Shown: piece after piece, positions 12,377 to 27,202 of the stretch
Layout: every line of letters starts with the position of its first letter
How positions within the stretch are numbered: the stretch's first letter is position 1
NCBI RefSeq assembly: GCF_006345805.1
Contig: NC_043015.1
Span: forward strand, 36,952,001 to 37,016,000
DNA from: Octopus sinensis
Taxonomy: Eukaryota
Length of the DNA stretch: 64,000 bases
Reading direction: 5' to 3'
Notes under the pieces: generated by a model
What the model was told of the DNA's origin: nothing
Seen by the model: the letters and a program-made list of their open reading frames with translations, nothing else
Databases searched by the model: none
Program-made: the position numbers and the translations under genes

Positions 12377-12625
12377 TGGTGTAGCCTAGTGGTTAGGGTG
12401 TAGCACTCACAGTCGCTAGAACATGGGTTCGATTTCCGGACCAGGTGATGTGTTGTGTTCTTCAACAAAAAAATTCATTTCACATCTCTTAGCTGTAAAT
12501 GGTTCACCCTGTGACAGAATAGTCCTCAGATCTCAATGAAAGTTGGCTTGCTCACCTAACCAGCGGGGTGATGTCATTCGCAAATTAAAACAATGCGAGG
12601 CGCACTGTGACCAACGATATATAAC
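12375..12625 (+). mobile_element. tRNA-derived SINE
   Basis: A-box-like GTAGCCTAGTGG, B-box GGTTCGATTTCC, and a body shared with the 51895-52190 copy. Confidence 0.7.
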
Positions 12626-12904
12626 AACATGCCATAATCTGGTATATGCCGTAATCAATCAGACAGATCGTTCTTGTGAACAAAAGAAACGACTGTATGT
12701 TTACACCACCACTGAGAGATTGCAGTCAAATATTTACTCTAATTTCTCATTACTGTCTAAGGAGCCAGATGGGCCAGGAATGTAATCATAGAGAAAGCGT
12801 AGGGATGGTCAACCGAAACGCCTATGCGCAACTATTTACCTAGTTAACAGTCCCATGCAGATGTGTAAGTGGAACATACATATTGTCTCATATGTACAAG
12901 CATA

Positions 12905-13275
12905 GTGGAGGCGAAATGGCCCAATGGTTAAGGCAGCGGGCTCGTGACCGCTGGATCGTGGTTTCGATTCCCCGACCGCGTTTTGTGAGTGTTTATTGAG
13001 CGAAAACACCAAACGCTCCACGATCTCCGGCAGTGGCAGGTGGCGAACCCTGTACTCTTTCACCACAACTTTCTCTCACGCTTTCTTCCTGTTACTCTTG
13101 CACCTGTATTTCAAGGGGCCAGCCTTGTCAGACTATGTGTCACGCTGAATCCCTCCGTGGACTACGTTAAAGGTACACGTGTCTGTGGAATACTCAGTCA
13201 CTTGCACGTTAATTTCACTAGCAGGCTCTTCCGTTTACCGGATCAAGTGAAACCTTCATCTTTGTAATCGACGCA
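12905..13275 (+). mobile_element. tRNA-derived SINE, near full length
   Basis: GTGGAGGCGAAATGGCCCAATGG (A box), GGTTTCGATTCCCC (B box). Head shared with 52010-52190; 3' tail shared with 30500-30815 and 40665-40940. Confidence 0.85.
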
Positions 13276-13400
13276 GTGCCACGATACATTCATACATCGC
13301 AACGATTCAGTCATTATAACACTAGAAATACGGATTGGAATTTTGTGTGTGTGCGTGTGCACGTTCGTAAATGTGTGTGTGAGTGTGTGCCTTTGTTTGC

Positions 13401-13449
<49 letters not shown>

Positions 13450-13499
13450 ATTTATAATATATATATATAATATACGTTTACACATTTACACATTTGTTT

Positions 13500-13912
13500 G
13501 TTTCAGGTATTTGACTGCGGTCATGCTGGAGTACCGACTTTAGTAGAAGAAATCGACCCCAGAACTTATTCTTTGTAAGCTTAGTACTTATACTATCAGC
13601 TCTTTTGCCGAACCGCTAGGTTACGGGGGACGTAAACAACCAACGTGGGTTCTCAAGCGATGGTGGGGTGAAAACACAGACACACAAACATATGCATGTA
13701 CATATATATATTATATATAATATATATATATATCTATATATATATATATATGACAGGCTTCTTTCAGTTTCCGTCTACCATATTCACTCACAGGCTTCGG
13801 TCGACCTGTGGCTATAGCAGAAGACATTTGTCCAAGGAGCCACGCAGTAGGACTAAACCCGAAACCATGTGGTTGATAAGAAAAGCTATTTACCATACAG
13901 CCACTCCGGCAC
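13500..13912 (-). mobile_element. tRNA-derived SINE with internal (TA)/(CA) microsatellite
   Basis: Head GGAGTGGCTGTATGGTAAATAGCT...GACGGAAACTGAAAGAAGCC, then a microsatellite, then tail ...CCAGCATGACCGCAGTCAAAT. Other copies at 26642-26800, 33040-33432, 36660-37028, 44115-44280 and 48470-48720. Confidence 0.85.
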
Positions 13913-14370
13913 CAATATATGTACGTAAATATATATAGACAATACTAGGTAGGTAAGATAGGCAAGTAGATAGATAGATCGTTACATACATACATACTTG
14001 CATACATACATTATATGAATTGTCAGGAATATCTTCAGAAACACATACAATGCTGCACACGATTCGCTCGCTATAGAACCAATGCCATTCTGTAGTTCTT
14101 TAGTTCTTAACAATGTTTTAGAAGAATAACTTTGTTTCTTAGTTGAACAAATTCTGAATCCCACGAGGTTCTTTCAGTTCTTTGAGTCGTTTGAGGTCTA
14201 TTCCAGGAATATTTCTAAACTAGTTAATCGCTCTCTGTCTGTGTTTGCTTGCTTGTATCAGATTCTTTGAAGTCTTCTTGGTATAATTATTTCTTTAACT
14301 CCGAAGTTTCTAGCTCAGAGTTTCTTTGAATTATAAGATACAAGCAAAAAAAAAAACGTTCATATTTTTA

Positions 14371-14448
<78 letters not shown>

Positions 14449-14639
14449 CATTATTATTATTATCATCATCATCATTTTCTGTTTCTTTATTATGTATTCA
14501 TGGATTTTTCCCGACCCATTCTAACGATCAATGCGACAATGTATATTTTATATAATGGAATCGTGATATAAATTTTGTCAATAATTGACTTTGTCGACGT
14601 AAGTCAGATCCATCAAAGGGATGAATAAATCGTTGTTAT

Positions 14640-14900
14640 CACACGGTAACACTATAAGCTGTGTACACCATACTATCTGCAAAGAACCCGTATGTTATTG
14701 AAAACAAGTATGCGATAATGTCTTCGTGATTTCCATTTGCTTGAAGTTTGGAAATGTACTCTGCTATGATAAAAATATTAGTCAACCAATTATAAAAATG
14801 TGATGGCCACTGCGCAGCAGAATATTTGCGTCTGTATTTCATCGAAATGACTCTTGTAATATCTGTTTTCTCCTCTTGGTGCCACTGAAATACACTCACA
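14640..14900 (-). mobile_element. Possible highly decayed LINE reverse transcriptase fragment
   Basis: ..FYNWLTNIF..; ..DII....YGFFADSMVY.. loosely matches 'NWLxNFL' and 'FADD'. Confidence 0.25.
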
Positions 14901-15768
14901 ATGGTAAATATTTGCAAATATATTATCCTCCTTTATTATTTTCTTACATACTGTAGTGTCTTCTCTTACCATGTCTCTCTCGTCCTCATTTGACCTTCAG
15001 ATCATTATGGCAATTCTGGCTGCGTTATTCCATTGTGGTCCAGACATGCACTTCTCACATGTTTACTATTTCGGCGAATAAGAAATATTATTTTCTCCGC
15101 AGAAACGGACAAGTCTTTTCTTTGTTAACGATGCGTTTTCGCAAAAACTTTACTGTGAATGTAAGTCTATCATATGAAACTATATGTATGTATGTATATG
15201 TATATATGTATATATACATACATACATACATACATGCATACATACATACATATATACATACATATATATACACACACAAATACATTAATGAGGGAGAAGA
15301 ATAAGGGCTTGAACATGGTACTCTGTATTTCATAGTACAGGATATCTCACTGTTGCAGCGATCCCGTGAGGAACCTCATAAAGGTAGCATGCATAGGCAA
15401 CCGCATCCCCTGACAAAGGAGCGGTAAATACGTTATGCTAAATTATATCCGACTTCAAAATCCGAAGAAAGACACGCGAATGGGAAACGGTGGGAGTTTA
15501 ATGAAATTAAGGACGAGAACCGAAACCAGGAAAGCATATTGCCGCACTCTGAGCGCATCCAGTCATAAACATATACATACATACATGTGTGTGTTCGTGT
15601 GTGTGTGTATGTGTATTTGTAAGGACGTATATATGTGCGAATATGTGTGTGACTTTGTCTGTCCGTGTGTGTGCATGTATGTGTATCTGCATGTGTGAGC
15701 ATGTATGTGTGTCTGTGTGTGTTTTGTGTGTTGTGTGTGTGTGTGTGTTGTGTGTGTGTGTGTTTTGT

Positions 15769-15808
<40 letters not shown>

Positions 15809-16244
15809 AACGCATTCAGTCAGGACGGATAACTACATATTAAATTCTTTGGAAATCAATTTACTTCTTTTCATCTTGTATTTATATTATTTTTTTTTTG
15901 TCAAACCTGCTCCGACGTTTTTATACAAATATTTCAATATCATAATACTTAGTACACATGTCACTCAGGATTTACGTGACATGATAAAGTTCACAGAACA
16001 TTTAGTCTCCTACACAATATCAGAAAAAAGAGAAAACCAGATTCTCTCAATCAACAAGTTTATGACGCCTGCAGATGAAATGTTGTATATAAATGCAATA
16101 ACTCCGACTCGTCATACTGTGAATGCATAATGTACGGCATTATGTCTCTCTGTCTCTTTCTTTCTTTCCCTCTATCTCTCTATCTACCTATCACTCTATC
16201 TCTCTATCTACCTATCACCCTATCTAGCTGTCTGCATATATCAT

Positions 16245-16335
<91 letters not shown>

Positions 16336-16544
16336 GTAAAAAGAGTCAAGGGAGAAATGCTGAAATAATTTTATGAAAAAACAAACATTTCATTACCGGT
16401 TTCAGTCATTGAGACTTTTTAAAAAGTAAGTATGGGAAGCAATTAAATTTTCGAAAAATTAGAAAAAAAGGTTTTTAAAAGAATGTTTACATAGTAAACA
16501 AGAAAGACAGAGACAGTTATAAACAAGGAAAGGGCCCCTTGTAT

Positions 16545-16665
16545 TTGAATACTACCAAGATAAACAACGCATGACCTTGCAGGTGGGGCCCAATTAGAAT
16601 GTCCTTCAAGTCGAGTAGTACATCCTGCCCAGAAGGTCCATTGGGTTGTTTAAGGATGTTGAAGG
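16545..16665 (+). mobile_element. Fragment of the SINE-like element at 41941-42547
   Basis: AAGATAAACAACGCATGACCTTGCAGGTGGGGCCCAATTAGAAT is the reverse complement of about 42360-42400. Confidence 0.8.
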
Positions 16666-17019
16666 TAGATAGGTAGGTAGATATATGGATAGATAGATAT
16701 ATAGGCAGGTAGAAAGATAGACAGATAGATATACTTGCATATGTATACATAGAGACATATAGTTGTACGTGTATATTTTTCTTCCTTATATAGCTTTAAG
16801 GGCGACCGATCTATCTTCATTTCTCAATTAAGGACATATACCGTCATTTAGCAGTGAATTATGGGAAGCAACATTAGTATTGAACAAGATACACACACAG
16901 TCATACGCGCATTTTCTTTTCAAAGAACATACTGAGAGAGAACGTGCTGATATATCAATATATATGCATTGCAATTCGTATGGACGGAATAGGCTAGCAT
17001 GGAATATCTAAAGATGTTT

Positions 17020-17666
17020 CCTAACTCATGATAACTGCTGTGTTCATCACTTTATGCCAGAGATAAAATGGCAGTCCATATAGTGAAAAAACACACTCAA
17101 CTTTCTTCATAGAAGGCTAAGTTCGTTTCATCTCCAGGGAAAGTTTTGGCCTCAGATTAATTATTTTTATGCAAATAGCATTGAGCATAGTGAGTCTCTC
17201 CAAAGGGGACACACGATCAATGGAGAATACTATACCAACTTGCTGATACAATTATTGAAAGCTATGAAGAACAACCGCCCAGGAAATCTGATTAATGGAG
17301 ACTTGATTCATCAGGCCAATATTCCAGCACTCAGGACATTGGTTTTAATGGATAGTGTGCGTCGATATGAACTGGTGGATTTCTCCCCATATTCGCCTGA
17401 TTCGGTTCCGTCTATCATTTGTTCCCCAAGACGAAAAATCATTTGACTGGGAACCAATATCGAAATAATGATGACGACACGTCTGCAGTTGATGAGTGTT
17501 TCCAACAACAGGAGGAAAACTTCTTCAACAATTGAGTCCAGGGACTGCAACACCGATGGAAGAATTTTGTGGGGCGCAAAGAGAACTATGTTGGAAAATA
17601 AACCTCATTTGGTCACATTCCATTGGAGTATCTTGGTCAGCCCATAAACTTTTAAACTAACCTTCA
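17020..17666 (+). mobile_element. mariner transposase 3' remnant with right TIR
   Basis: VHHFMPE, GHTINGEYYTNLL, PYSPDSVPS (YSPDLAP motif). TIR CAGCCCATAAACTTTTAAACTAACCTTC at 17638-17666. Confidence 0.85.
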
Positions 17667-18124
17667 GAGTTTCTATCAATCTGTCAGTCTCAATGTGAAA
17701 ATCCTTCAAAACATTATACTTCTCACATACTTGCACTATACTAGCTTCATGTTCATACCAATTCTTAGCATTGACAAATCATGGCTTTCTGCATAATTCT
17801 CAGTAGATTATTCTCACCGTTTGTCTTGTCTTAGTCTCCTTCTGTGGCATCATACTACATTCACTAACGCAAATGGTTAACGCGACTAGCAAATTCTTTC
17901 TCACTCTACAGTTTTCTTTCAGCCACCACAACCATATCTCACTATGAGATCTTCCATGCATGACCTTCTCTCTCCCACTCTCTCTTTCTCTCTCTCTCTC
18001 TCACACACACTGTCTGTATCTGTATATATATATATATTCATATGTATGTGTGTGCATGTGTGTATGTATGTGTACGTATATAAATATAAATATATATATA
18101 TAGAAACATAAATATAAATATAAT

Positions 18125-18170
<46 letters not shown>

Positions 18171-19326
18171 TATATATACATGTGCCTATTTATCTATCTA
18201 TCTATCTTTCGCTCTCTCTCTCTCTCTCTCTCTTACTACACACATACACATATATATATACACACACACATGTGTGTATATATTCAAAGAAAATGCTTCA
18301 GGTAAAATACGAATTGCAATACGGCAGCACATAATTCTAGATATGAAATGTCAAAAGAGCATCGTGGAAAAAGAAAAAACAAAGTAGAAAAACAAAAACA
18401 AAACACACATAAAATGGCTCAATATTATCATAAATGAAAAGCAATAAATAAAACAATGCCTATTATCTCCTTTGAAAATAATAGACAATTAAATTCTTTA
18501 ATATATAACATTAAATATACGATCTCTGATCTCAGAATAATAAACGATGAGGGTAGAGTCTCTTCCTGTTCCTTACACTCATTTTTGTCATTGTAGCTTT
18601 GTCGTTAGAAAATTACTTTGCGTATATTTGGATATACATTCACACACTCAGACAAACACACACGCAAACACACACGTATACACACAAACACACACAAAAT
18701 ACACCCAGGCGCATATATATATATACATACGTTTGTCCTTGAACGATTTATCAATTTCGTAACTCTTTAAATCCCCATTAATTCTGATTTGTCATATGAA
18801 GTCGATAAATTGGTGGTTAGCATTCCTCAAGTGGTTTTACTAAGATATTTTCTATGAAAATACAAACACAAACACACACGTATATGAGCGCATGCGCACA
18901 CACACATACATATATATGACGCACACGCATATAATATATATATATATTATATATAATATATAATCTATATAATATATATATATATATACTGCCATATATA
19001 TATACATGTACATATAATATATATATAAATAATATATATATATATATTATATATATTATATACATATATATATACATACTTATGTATATGTATATAAATA
19101 TATATATATGCATATATAATATATATATAATATATGTATATATATATATATACGTTTATGTACATTTCCCTGATTACATAGGCACGTGACCACGATCGTG
19201 TATGCATGCATGTGTGTGGGTGTATTTGTGTATTTATGTATATGAACAAGGGTAAATATATACATACATATAAAGGTATACATATAAACATATACAGATG
19301 CATATACAAGCACACACATGCAGATG

Positions 19327-19366
<40 letters not shown>

Positions 19367-19423
19367 TATCTATTTATGTGTAGCTATATACATGTATATA
19401 CATATTATATATATAATATATAG

Positions 19424-19462
<39 letters not shown>

Positions 19463-19739
19463 TACTAGATTTCTCGCAGCAGCAGTTTGGCTTTTATTAA
19501 TATTTCATAGGCAAAGAAGAAAATGTTTGTAATTAGAGAAGTTTAACATCAAAGCGGTCATTATGTGTTTATTGTATGATTATTTCTTGGAATCAATGGC
19601 AACGCTATTGTTTTTCAATATGTAACGATACACCTCATTAATTACTGGACCTTTGATGTCTTTTAATATTTCACTTAATATTATCACATTTCATGGCAGC
19701 CCGAATAATACATTGTGTGACGAAGCCTTCACATCCACC

Positions 19740-19814
19740 AGCATCATCACCCTTATTAGTATTAACTTTATTTTTAGTGTTATTATTATCATTAATATTA
19801 ATATTGTTGTTGTT

Positions 19815-19845
<31 letters not shown>

Positions 19846-20265
19846 TTATTATTAATATTATTGTTGTTGTTATTATTATTATTATTATCATTGTTATTGG
19901 TGTTATTATTAATATTATTGTTGTTGTTATTATTATTATTATTGTTATTATTATTTTTATAATTATCATTATTGTCATCAACATCATTATCATTACCATC
20001 GTCATTCTTATTATAATTATAATTAATACAGTTATTATTGTTGTTCTTGCTGATTTGCTGATGTTTATTTTTATTATCGTCATCATCACTATTAGCAATA
20101 TTCTCTTCTTCCTCCTTCTCATCGTCATCATCCGTAGTACATCTAGTAGTAATAATATCAGTATTAGCAGCAGCAGTAGTAGTGGTACTAGTATTAGTGT
20201 TATGATGATGATTAGTATTATTATTATCATTCTCATCTTCATCATCCCTATTATTATTACTGTTA

Positions 20266-20317
<52 letters not shown>

Positions 20318-20860
20318 ATTTCATTATTATTATTATTATTATTTTTAATTTCATTATTATTATTATTATTATTTTATTCTTATTATTATTATTATTATTA
20401 TATTATTATTATTATTATATTATGATTATTATTAGTATTATTAATTTCATTATTTTATTATTAATTTTTTTTATTTTATTGTCATTATATTATTATTATT
20501 ATTAATTTTATATTATTATTATTATGTTTATTATTATTATTAATTTTTTTTATTATTGTTATTATAGGTGGTTTCGCTGATGCTGTTATTCCTGCCGTGG
20601 CAGCTACTATCGATATTTTAGAACTGCTGATGATGAAGATGACGATGATAATGATGATGACGATGACGATAACGATGACAATGATGATGACAACGGCAGC
20701 AAGCATTTTTTGTCCCTATTACAATAAATACAAAAAAGATGTTCATAATCTTGTTTTCGGTTTCTTATTTCTGTTAAGGGACCTATTATTATTATCATTA
20801 TTATTATCATTATTATCATTATTATTATTATTATTATTACTATTATTTTTATTATTATTA

Positions 20861-20896
<36 letters not shown>

Positions 20897-20905
20897 TTTA
20901 TTATG

Positions 20906-20944
<39 letters not shown>

Positions 20945-21259
20945 TTTATTATTTTTATTATAATTATTATGATTATTAATATTATTATTATTTTTTCATT
21001 ATTATATTATTATTATTATTATTTTTATTATTATTATTATGATTATTATTATTATTATTTTCCCCATCAGCATTATTACTATCATTATCATGTCATTATT
21101 GTCATTAACTCCATCACCGTCACTTTCGTTATTATTCGTCGTATTACTATTTACATTTTTATTTTCGCAACTATAATATAATAACGTAATGTTTTACTTT
21201 TATTAATATTGCCATCATTATTATTATAGCCGTTACTGTTTTCATTGAAGCTGTTATTA

Positions 21260-21312
<53 letters not shown>

Positions 21313-21350
21313 GATACTGTTGTTGTTGTTGTTGTTCGTATTGTTTTTGT
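19740..21350. repeat. Long compound (ATT/GTT/ATC/GAT)n trinucleotide array
   Basis: Direct reading; it explains the poly-I/L/M/Y ORFs. Confidence 0.95.
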
Positions 21351-21754
21351 TATTGGTATGAGTTGTGTTACTTTGCCGTTTGGTGTCGTTGCTGTTGTTG
21401 ATGTGGTTCCATATTTTATTTTCTTTCTCGGTTTATTCGGTTATGTTTCAAAGATCAGAGAGATACGGTAGCGAAGAATATGTAATTGAGAACTAACGTC
21501 GTAAGAATTAATATTTCTATGGATCTGAGAATTAATTCTAAGTGGTTCACAGGATAATGGTGAAGATGATGATGATGACTCTGATGATGAGGATGACGGC
21601 GACGCCGTGGCGCACAGTGACTGGCTCCTTGAATGGCATAATGTTAATGATAATGCAATAAATGCCAAACGAGTACTGGGTTGGATGCAAGCGACCAGCA
21701 CCTTCCACTAAGATTTCAGACTTTGTGCCTATAGTAAAATTCCCCTCAATACAT

Positions 21755-21908
21755 AGCTATGATGCTCCCCCACTACTTCTGCCCATGATCAGAGATGCAC
21801 ATATCATCAGCCACTAAGGGACATGGTCAACTGGTTAAGGCCAAACAAATAACAAGCAAATCTGTGGTATTGAGCAGAATATTTGCTGTAGACCATCTTT
21901 TATACCAA
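21755..21908 (+). mobile_element. 3' fragment of the SINE-like element at 41941-42547
   Basis: GATGCTCCCCCACTACTTCTG...GAGCAGAATATTTGCTGTAGACCATCTTTTATACCAAA is the reverse complement of 42080-42230. Confidence 0.85.
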
Positions 21909-22482
21909 ATATTTATTATTTTTATTTTATTGTCGTTACACAGCTTCCTATTCTCTGTCTCTTGGTCGCACTAAATCATAAAATCCCACAGGATCTTAGC
22001 ATTATCATTTTCGATGATGACTTCTGGTTTGTGGTCCTACCAATTTTTTGCTCTGTCAAGATCATAATTCTCGCAAAGTGTCCTTGCTATATTGTCGTGG
22101 CGTCTCTTATATTCTTTCTGGGCTGGTGTCGTACGTTGACTGGTAATATGCCGTACGGTTTCACTGTTTCGTCTACAAATTCTGCACTTATCACTTTTTG
22201 ATGAGTTGTCTATTCTGTATTTTATGTAAATGCTTCTTACATGATTATGACGATTATAATCATGATGATCATGATGATAAAGATTTTGATGATGATGACG
22301 ACGATGATGATGATTATGGTGATTATGACGACGACGACGACGATGATGACGATGATGATGATGATAATGATCTTATTGCGCATGTTGTTGCTCGTTTCAA
22401 CAGTGAAAACAACCATTACGACCGCGAGTTGTGTTTAAGCTGAGCGCAATTAAAATGACATTTACGATGGTGAAGTGTGACT

Positions 22483-23412
22483 TAGGATGGTGGCTGAAAA
22501 GTCCATAGATTGACTGTGAAGAGATAACGCTACAGCTGTGAAATTTTGCATACATTAATTACAAGCCGTCTTATTAACAACTGTGTTGTTCCTTTCCAGA
22601 TAAATTGACATTTGACAGGTCAAAGAAGACTTCAAATGTATCGTGGTTTTATCAAGTACCTTCAAAAGTAGGGTTTAGCCTCTAACTTTATTCAAGCTGA
22701 CATGTGCCATCTTTATTAACTGTGCAAACGAGAACAACTAATTTGAAGAGGGCAAGAGACGGTCTTGAAAATGTCCAAATGTCTGGACAGCCTGCAGCTT
22801 CCAACACCGAAAACAACCATTTATCGTGTTCAACAGATGTTGATGTATTACAGACGATTGGCTATAAACCAAAATGTCGAAGTTGTGAGTATGTCCTCTG
22901 AGATACTTGAGGAAATTCTGCGCAAGGAACTTGGCATAGCGATGCTATCTATTTTGGTCTTTTAACTCCTCGTCAAAAGTGCACCGGCCGTTCACATCAT
23001 GGCGAAATCTGATATTGCTTCATGCAGATTCTGCTGGTTTCCCTGAAAGTTTCCTCAACCAGTATGAATGTTAGGTTCATCTTACGGAAACGTCTTGCTT
23101 CATAAGGACAATGCTCCAGCAGAGAACTACTCGCTTCCAATAACTGCACTGTGAGATTGTAGTTTTGAACTGATTTGGCCTCATCTGAAATTCGTCTGTT
23201 CTCCCCAAAATATAGTATTGCTTGGCTGGTAAAGAGCATGGCAGTGATGATGACGTCATATCTGCCATTGGTATGTTTTTTTCACAACAAGAGGAAAACG
23301 TGTTAACCAATGTGTTTTAATCACTCCAACGCTGATGGAAAAAGGGTCACATATTGTCCACATTTCATGAGTGTTTCAAGGAAAAACTGGGGCCTTTTCA
23401 GCCAAATTTCAT
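22483..23412 (+). mobile_element. Internally deleted mariner element with both TIRs
   Basis: Left TIR GGTGGCTGAAAAGTCCATAG, right TIR GGCCTTTTCAGCCAAAT. Decayed transposase with an HTH-like 5' part and a 3' end similar to 17440-17600. Confidence 0.75.
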
Positions 23413-23592
23413 TTTACAGCAAACCAAAAGAAAATGACATTTATTAGATTGAGCAATAATTGTCTTCCTGTTTATTACAGTCTTTGTGCGCCTTCGTCTA
23501 CGTATTCGAATGTGTGTGTGTGTGTTCGAATGTGTGTGTTTATGTATGTATACATATAGATAGATAGTAAAAATAATTATAATCACCATCAC

Positions 23593-23693
<101 letters not shown>

Positions 23694-24191
23694 GTAGCAT
23701 CATCAATAGCATAATCAACACGATCATCGTCATGGACTGGCATTTTATATTCGAAATTCGTACATTTTAGTTGTAGTTACTTCAATCAATTGGTTTTTGT
23801 TGACAATGATGATGAAGAGGAGGAGGAGGTTGACGGTGATGATACCTGTGAGTGTTACAAGTCCTACAACCCCGGTGTTACATCATACCGTTGGAATGTG
23901 TAACACCGTGCTTTTCTCCCTTTTAAGTTTTTTTTCTGTCTTTTCTACTCTGTAGAAGTTTGCTCTCTTAATATATTGAATATCCATTTATATTCATACT
24001 TCAATATTCCTCGTATGAATGTTTTCGGTCCTTGCTTTTCGTTATTTACTTGTACATGTGTAAATATATAGTTTGTACATCAAACCCAAGCAGTTTTATT
24101 TGCTTATTTTCATAATTATCTCATTTTGTATATGGGTATTTATACACACATTCATGTATAAATAAATATGTGTGTACAGATATATGTATAC

Positions 24192-24236
<45 letters not shown>

Positions 24237-24501
24237 GGTCTTTTCCGTAGGCTTTTCTTTCCACGGGTAAACCTCACCTGTCCTCCCCTTTACACTTCAT
24301 ATTGACATTTCTGTGATAACGATCCCTATGATCAATTTTTTTTTTCCTCTCCCCTTTTTTAACCCCCCTTTTTTTTGTCCTCTTTCTCTCCTTTTACGAT
24401 CCCTTTTGATCGAAACTCCCCCTTCCTTTTTTTTTTTAAACCCTCAAAAGAAAAGCTCTACCTTGTAATTTGTGTGCAGCCCTGGGTGGCTAATAGAAAC
24501 A

Positions 24502-24554
<53 letters not shown>

Positions 24555-24613
24555 CTCTCTCTCTCTCTCAACTCTCTCTCTCTCTCTCTTGTATATAATA
24601 TATATATATATAT

Positions 24614-24652
<39 letters not shown>

Positions 24653-24699
24653 CATATACGTTTATCATTATCAATTTGTTTTGCAAGATTCATGTGTAA

Positions 24700-25200
24700 A
24701 ATCCCGTGTTGAAACAAATGCTAGTAGCCACACCACTTTCTCATTGGCCTAATCTTTTCTTCGCTCGATGTTGACTGGTCGAAGGAGTGGCTTGTTTCCT
24801 GCAGCTCTGCCATAGTAACCAAGTTAGTGGAGATAACTGACAGATGTCCTAGGACAGACATCAACTTGTTCTGTAATGTCAGATGTCTTGCAACGAAGAT
24901 TACTGTCCACACCTCTCTTAACAAAGAGAAGGGTCCTGTTAGAGGGCCCTGGTCAACCTGGACAAAATGATGTGGACTCTTTGGTCTCCCCGGTGAATTG
25001 CACAATTTCTCTATTTACCGTAGGTTTTCAGTGATTTTACGCTATGTCCACCTTCAGAATGACCCTCAATAAGGCATCTTTCAAATTCAGTTCCATGGCT
25101 TCTTTTCTATGTGGTCTGATATAATAGTCTCATATAGAACCCGGAACATTAAAATGTCAATAAGAAATATAGACACTTTCAAGTTAAAATGAAAATAAAG
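24700..25200 (-). mobile_element. Tc1/mariner transposase 5' (HTH) remnant
   Basis: MELNLKDALLRVILK... and ..SPGRPKS.. on the minus strand; frameshifted. Confidence 0.45.
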
Positions 25201-25510
25201 CAAAGTTTTATTGTGTATCTATTTAACTCTGTCATGACTATATAATAAAATGTTTATATATATATATATATATATATATGTGGGTGTGTGTGTGTGTGTG
25301 TATGTATGTAATTTGAGAAAAACCACTATTAAACAATTCAATAAAGAAAGATATTATTCACACCATATAGAAAACATAATATAAAAAAAACTATTTTAAA
25401 AATCAATAAAGTACAATAAATAGTAAATAGTAGTAAATATTGTTGAAATTTGATTTAAAATTGTTAATTTAATTTTTCCCAGTAAGTTGAGGAATTAATT
25501 TTCCTACTAT

Positions 25511-25546
<36 letters not shown>

Positions 25547-26582
25547 TATATATATTATTATATATATACTTGTGTATGTATACTTACACATAGATAGATA
25601 GATATATATTTTTGCATATATGTATGTATATATATACATATACAAATATGCTCACATATATAAACATACATACATACACACACAATACCACTGTACACAG
25701 GACACTACTAGTTATGAGTTTTGTTCTCAGAATGACCAGTTAGGCGCACTCAAAGACCAACCACCTACTTGAATCTAAATAATGAAGGGAGACAAAGAAA
25801 ACACAGGAAGAATTCACCAAAGACAAAGTTCAGACAAATTTCACACAAGAAGCTGTTATTGCGACAAAAAGGAAAAACTGAAAATTCCCGATGAACACTT
25901 TCATGTTACATTAATTTCGTTTTTCAGAGAATTGGCAATCCCTGTTAAAATTCTTTCATGATCAAACAGACCTTAAAAATCTAGTTTTTTCTCAGGGTTT
26001 TCTGAAACAATTCATTGTTTCTTTCCCCAAAGGAATCTTTTTCTTACGAATCATTGCTTTATCTCAGTTTTGGCTCCTGGGGTTCGTTTGTTTCTGCACA
26101 TCTACATTCAACTAAAATAAAATAAATAAATAACAGTAAATAAATAAAATTTTATAAAAGAAAAAAAAAGAGAAGTAAAAGAAAGCGTTTTTCCCAAACA
26201 GTTTCCCATTGACATAAATAACATCCTGTTGATTCATCATGTGACAACGAGTGTTTCTTTGTTGTTGTATTCATGCTATAAATAGTAACACAATTACTAT
26301 TACAACACTGCAAATTAATTTTACGTAAGGAAATGACGTATTAGACATTAAAATATTCCCGTGGCTAAGCGAATAATACCAAACCTCATGATGGTCACGG
26401 TCGAAATAACTGCGATCCTATGTATGTTCAGGTCAAAACTGGTGAAAAACCGAATCAGAAATAAGATTCACATTACATTTCTGAATAGGCAAGCATCAAT
26501 TAATTTAGTTTCTACGGAAATCCTGTGACTAAAAAGACATGTAAGAGGAGAAGATAGGATGAATGCAATACAAAATTATATA

Positions 26583-26629
<47 letters not shown>

Positions 26630-26641
26630 ATGTATATATTT

Positions 26642-26800
26642 AGGTGCAGGATGGCTGTGTGGTAAGTAGCTTGCTTACCAACCACATGGCTCCGGGTTCA
26701 GTCCCACTGCCTTGGGCAAGTGTCTTCTACTATAGCCTCGGTCCGACCAAAGTCTTGTGAGGAGATTTGGGAGAGACGGAAACTGAAAGAAGCCCGTCGT
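26642..26800 (+). mobile_element. tRNA-derived SINE head
   Basis: GGTGCAGGATGGCTGTGTGGTAAGTAGCTTGCT...GGGTTCAGTCCC...GAAAGAAGCCCGTCGTATATA. Confidence 0.85.
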
Positions 26801-26809
26801 ATATATATA

Positions 26810-26849
<40 letters not shown>

Positions 26850-27046
26850 TATATAATATGGAAAGAGGAGGTGCTGAGTGGGGACATTAGGTCCCTTGTT
26901 CGAGATATAAAAACATAGATGTGCGTCGGTAGCCACCTGGAAAAGATGTTTTCATCGGATAAAAAAAAAGGCAGTAACCTTGTCCTAATCAGGACTACCA
27001 CTTTACGTTGGCAAATAGATTTTACTGTCTCTCCCTCTCTCTCTAT

Positions 27047-27079
<33 letters not shown>

Positions 27080-27202
27080 ATTTCAGTAAAACAATTAAGA
27101 TTCAAGTGAGTTCCAATGAATTCACATGAATGTGGTACCTAACTTAGATGCACCAGAAATCTTTATGGTATTAACCATAAAATAAAGTGGGGTGATTATA
27201 AA

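Noticed and set aside
12375-12450. tRNA genes at SINE heads (also 12905, 32262, 52190)
   Set aside because: A and B boxes are present but there is no complete cloverleaf, and they continue into SINE bodies.
14030-14340. Coding-like minus-strand fragment (FRNIPGIDLKRLKEL...)
   Set aside because: Probably retroelement debris, but no diagnostic motif to assign it.
19653-21181. Long hydrophobic ORFs (221, 194, 184 aa)
   Set aside because: Translations of (ATT/GTT/GAT)n microsatellites; no real protein complexity.
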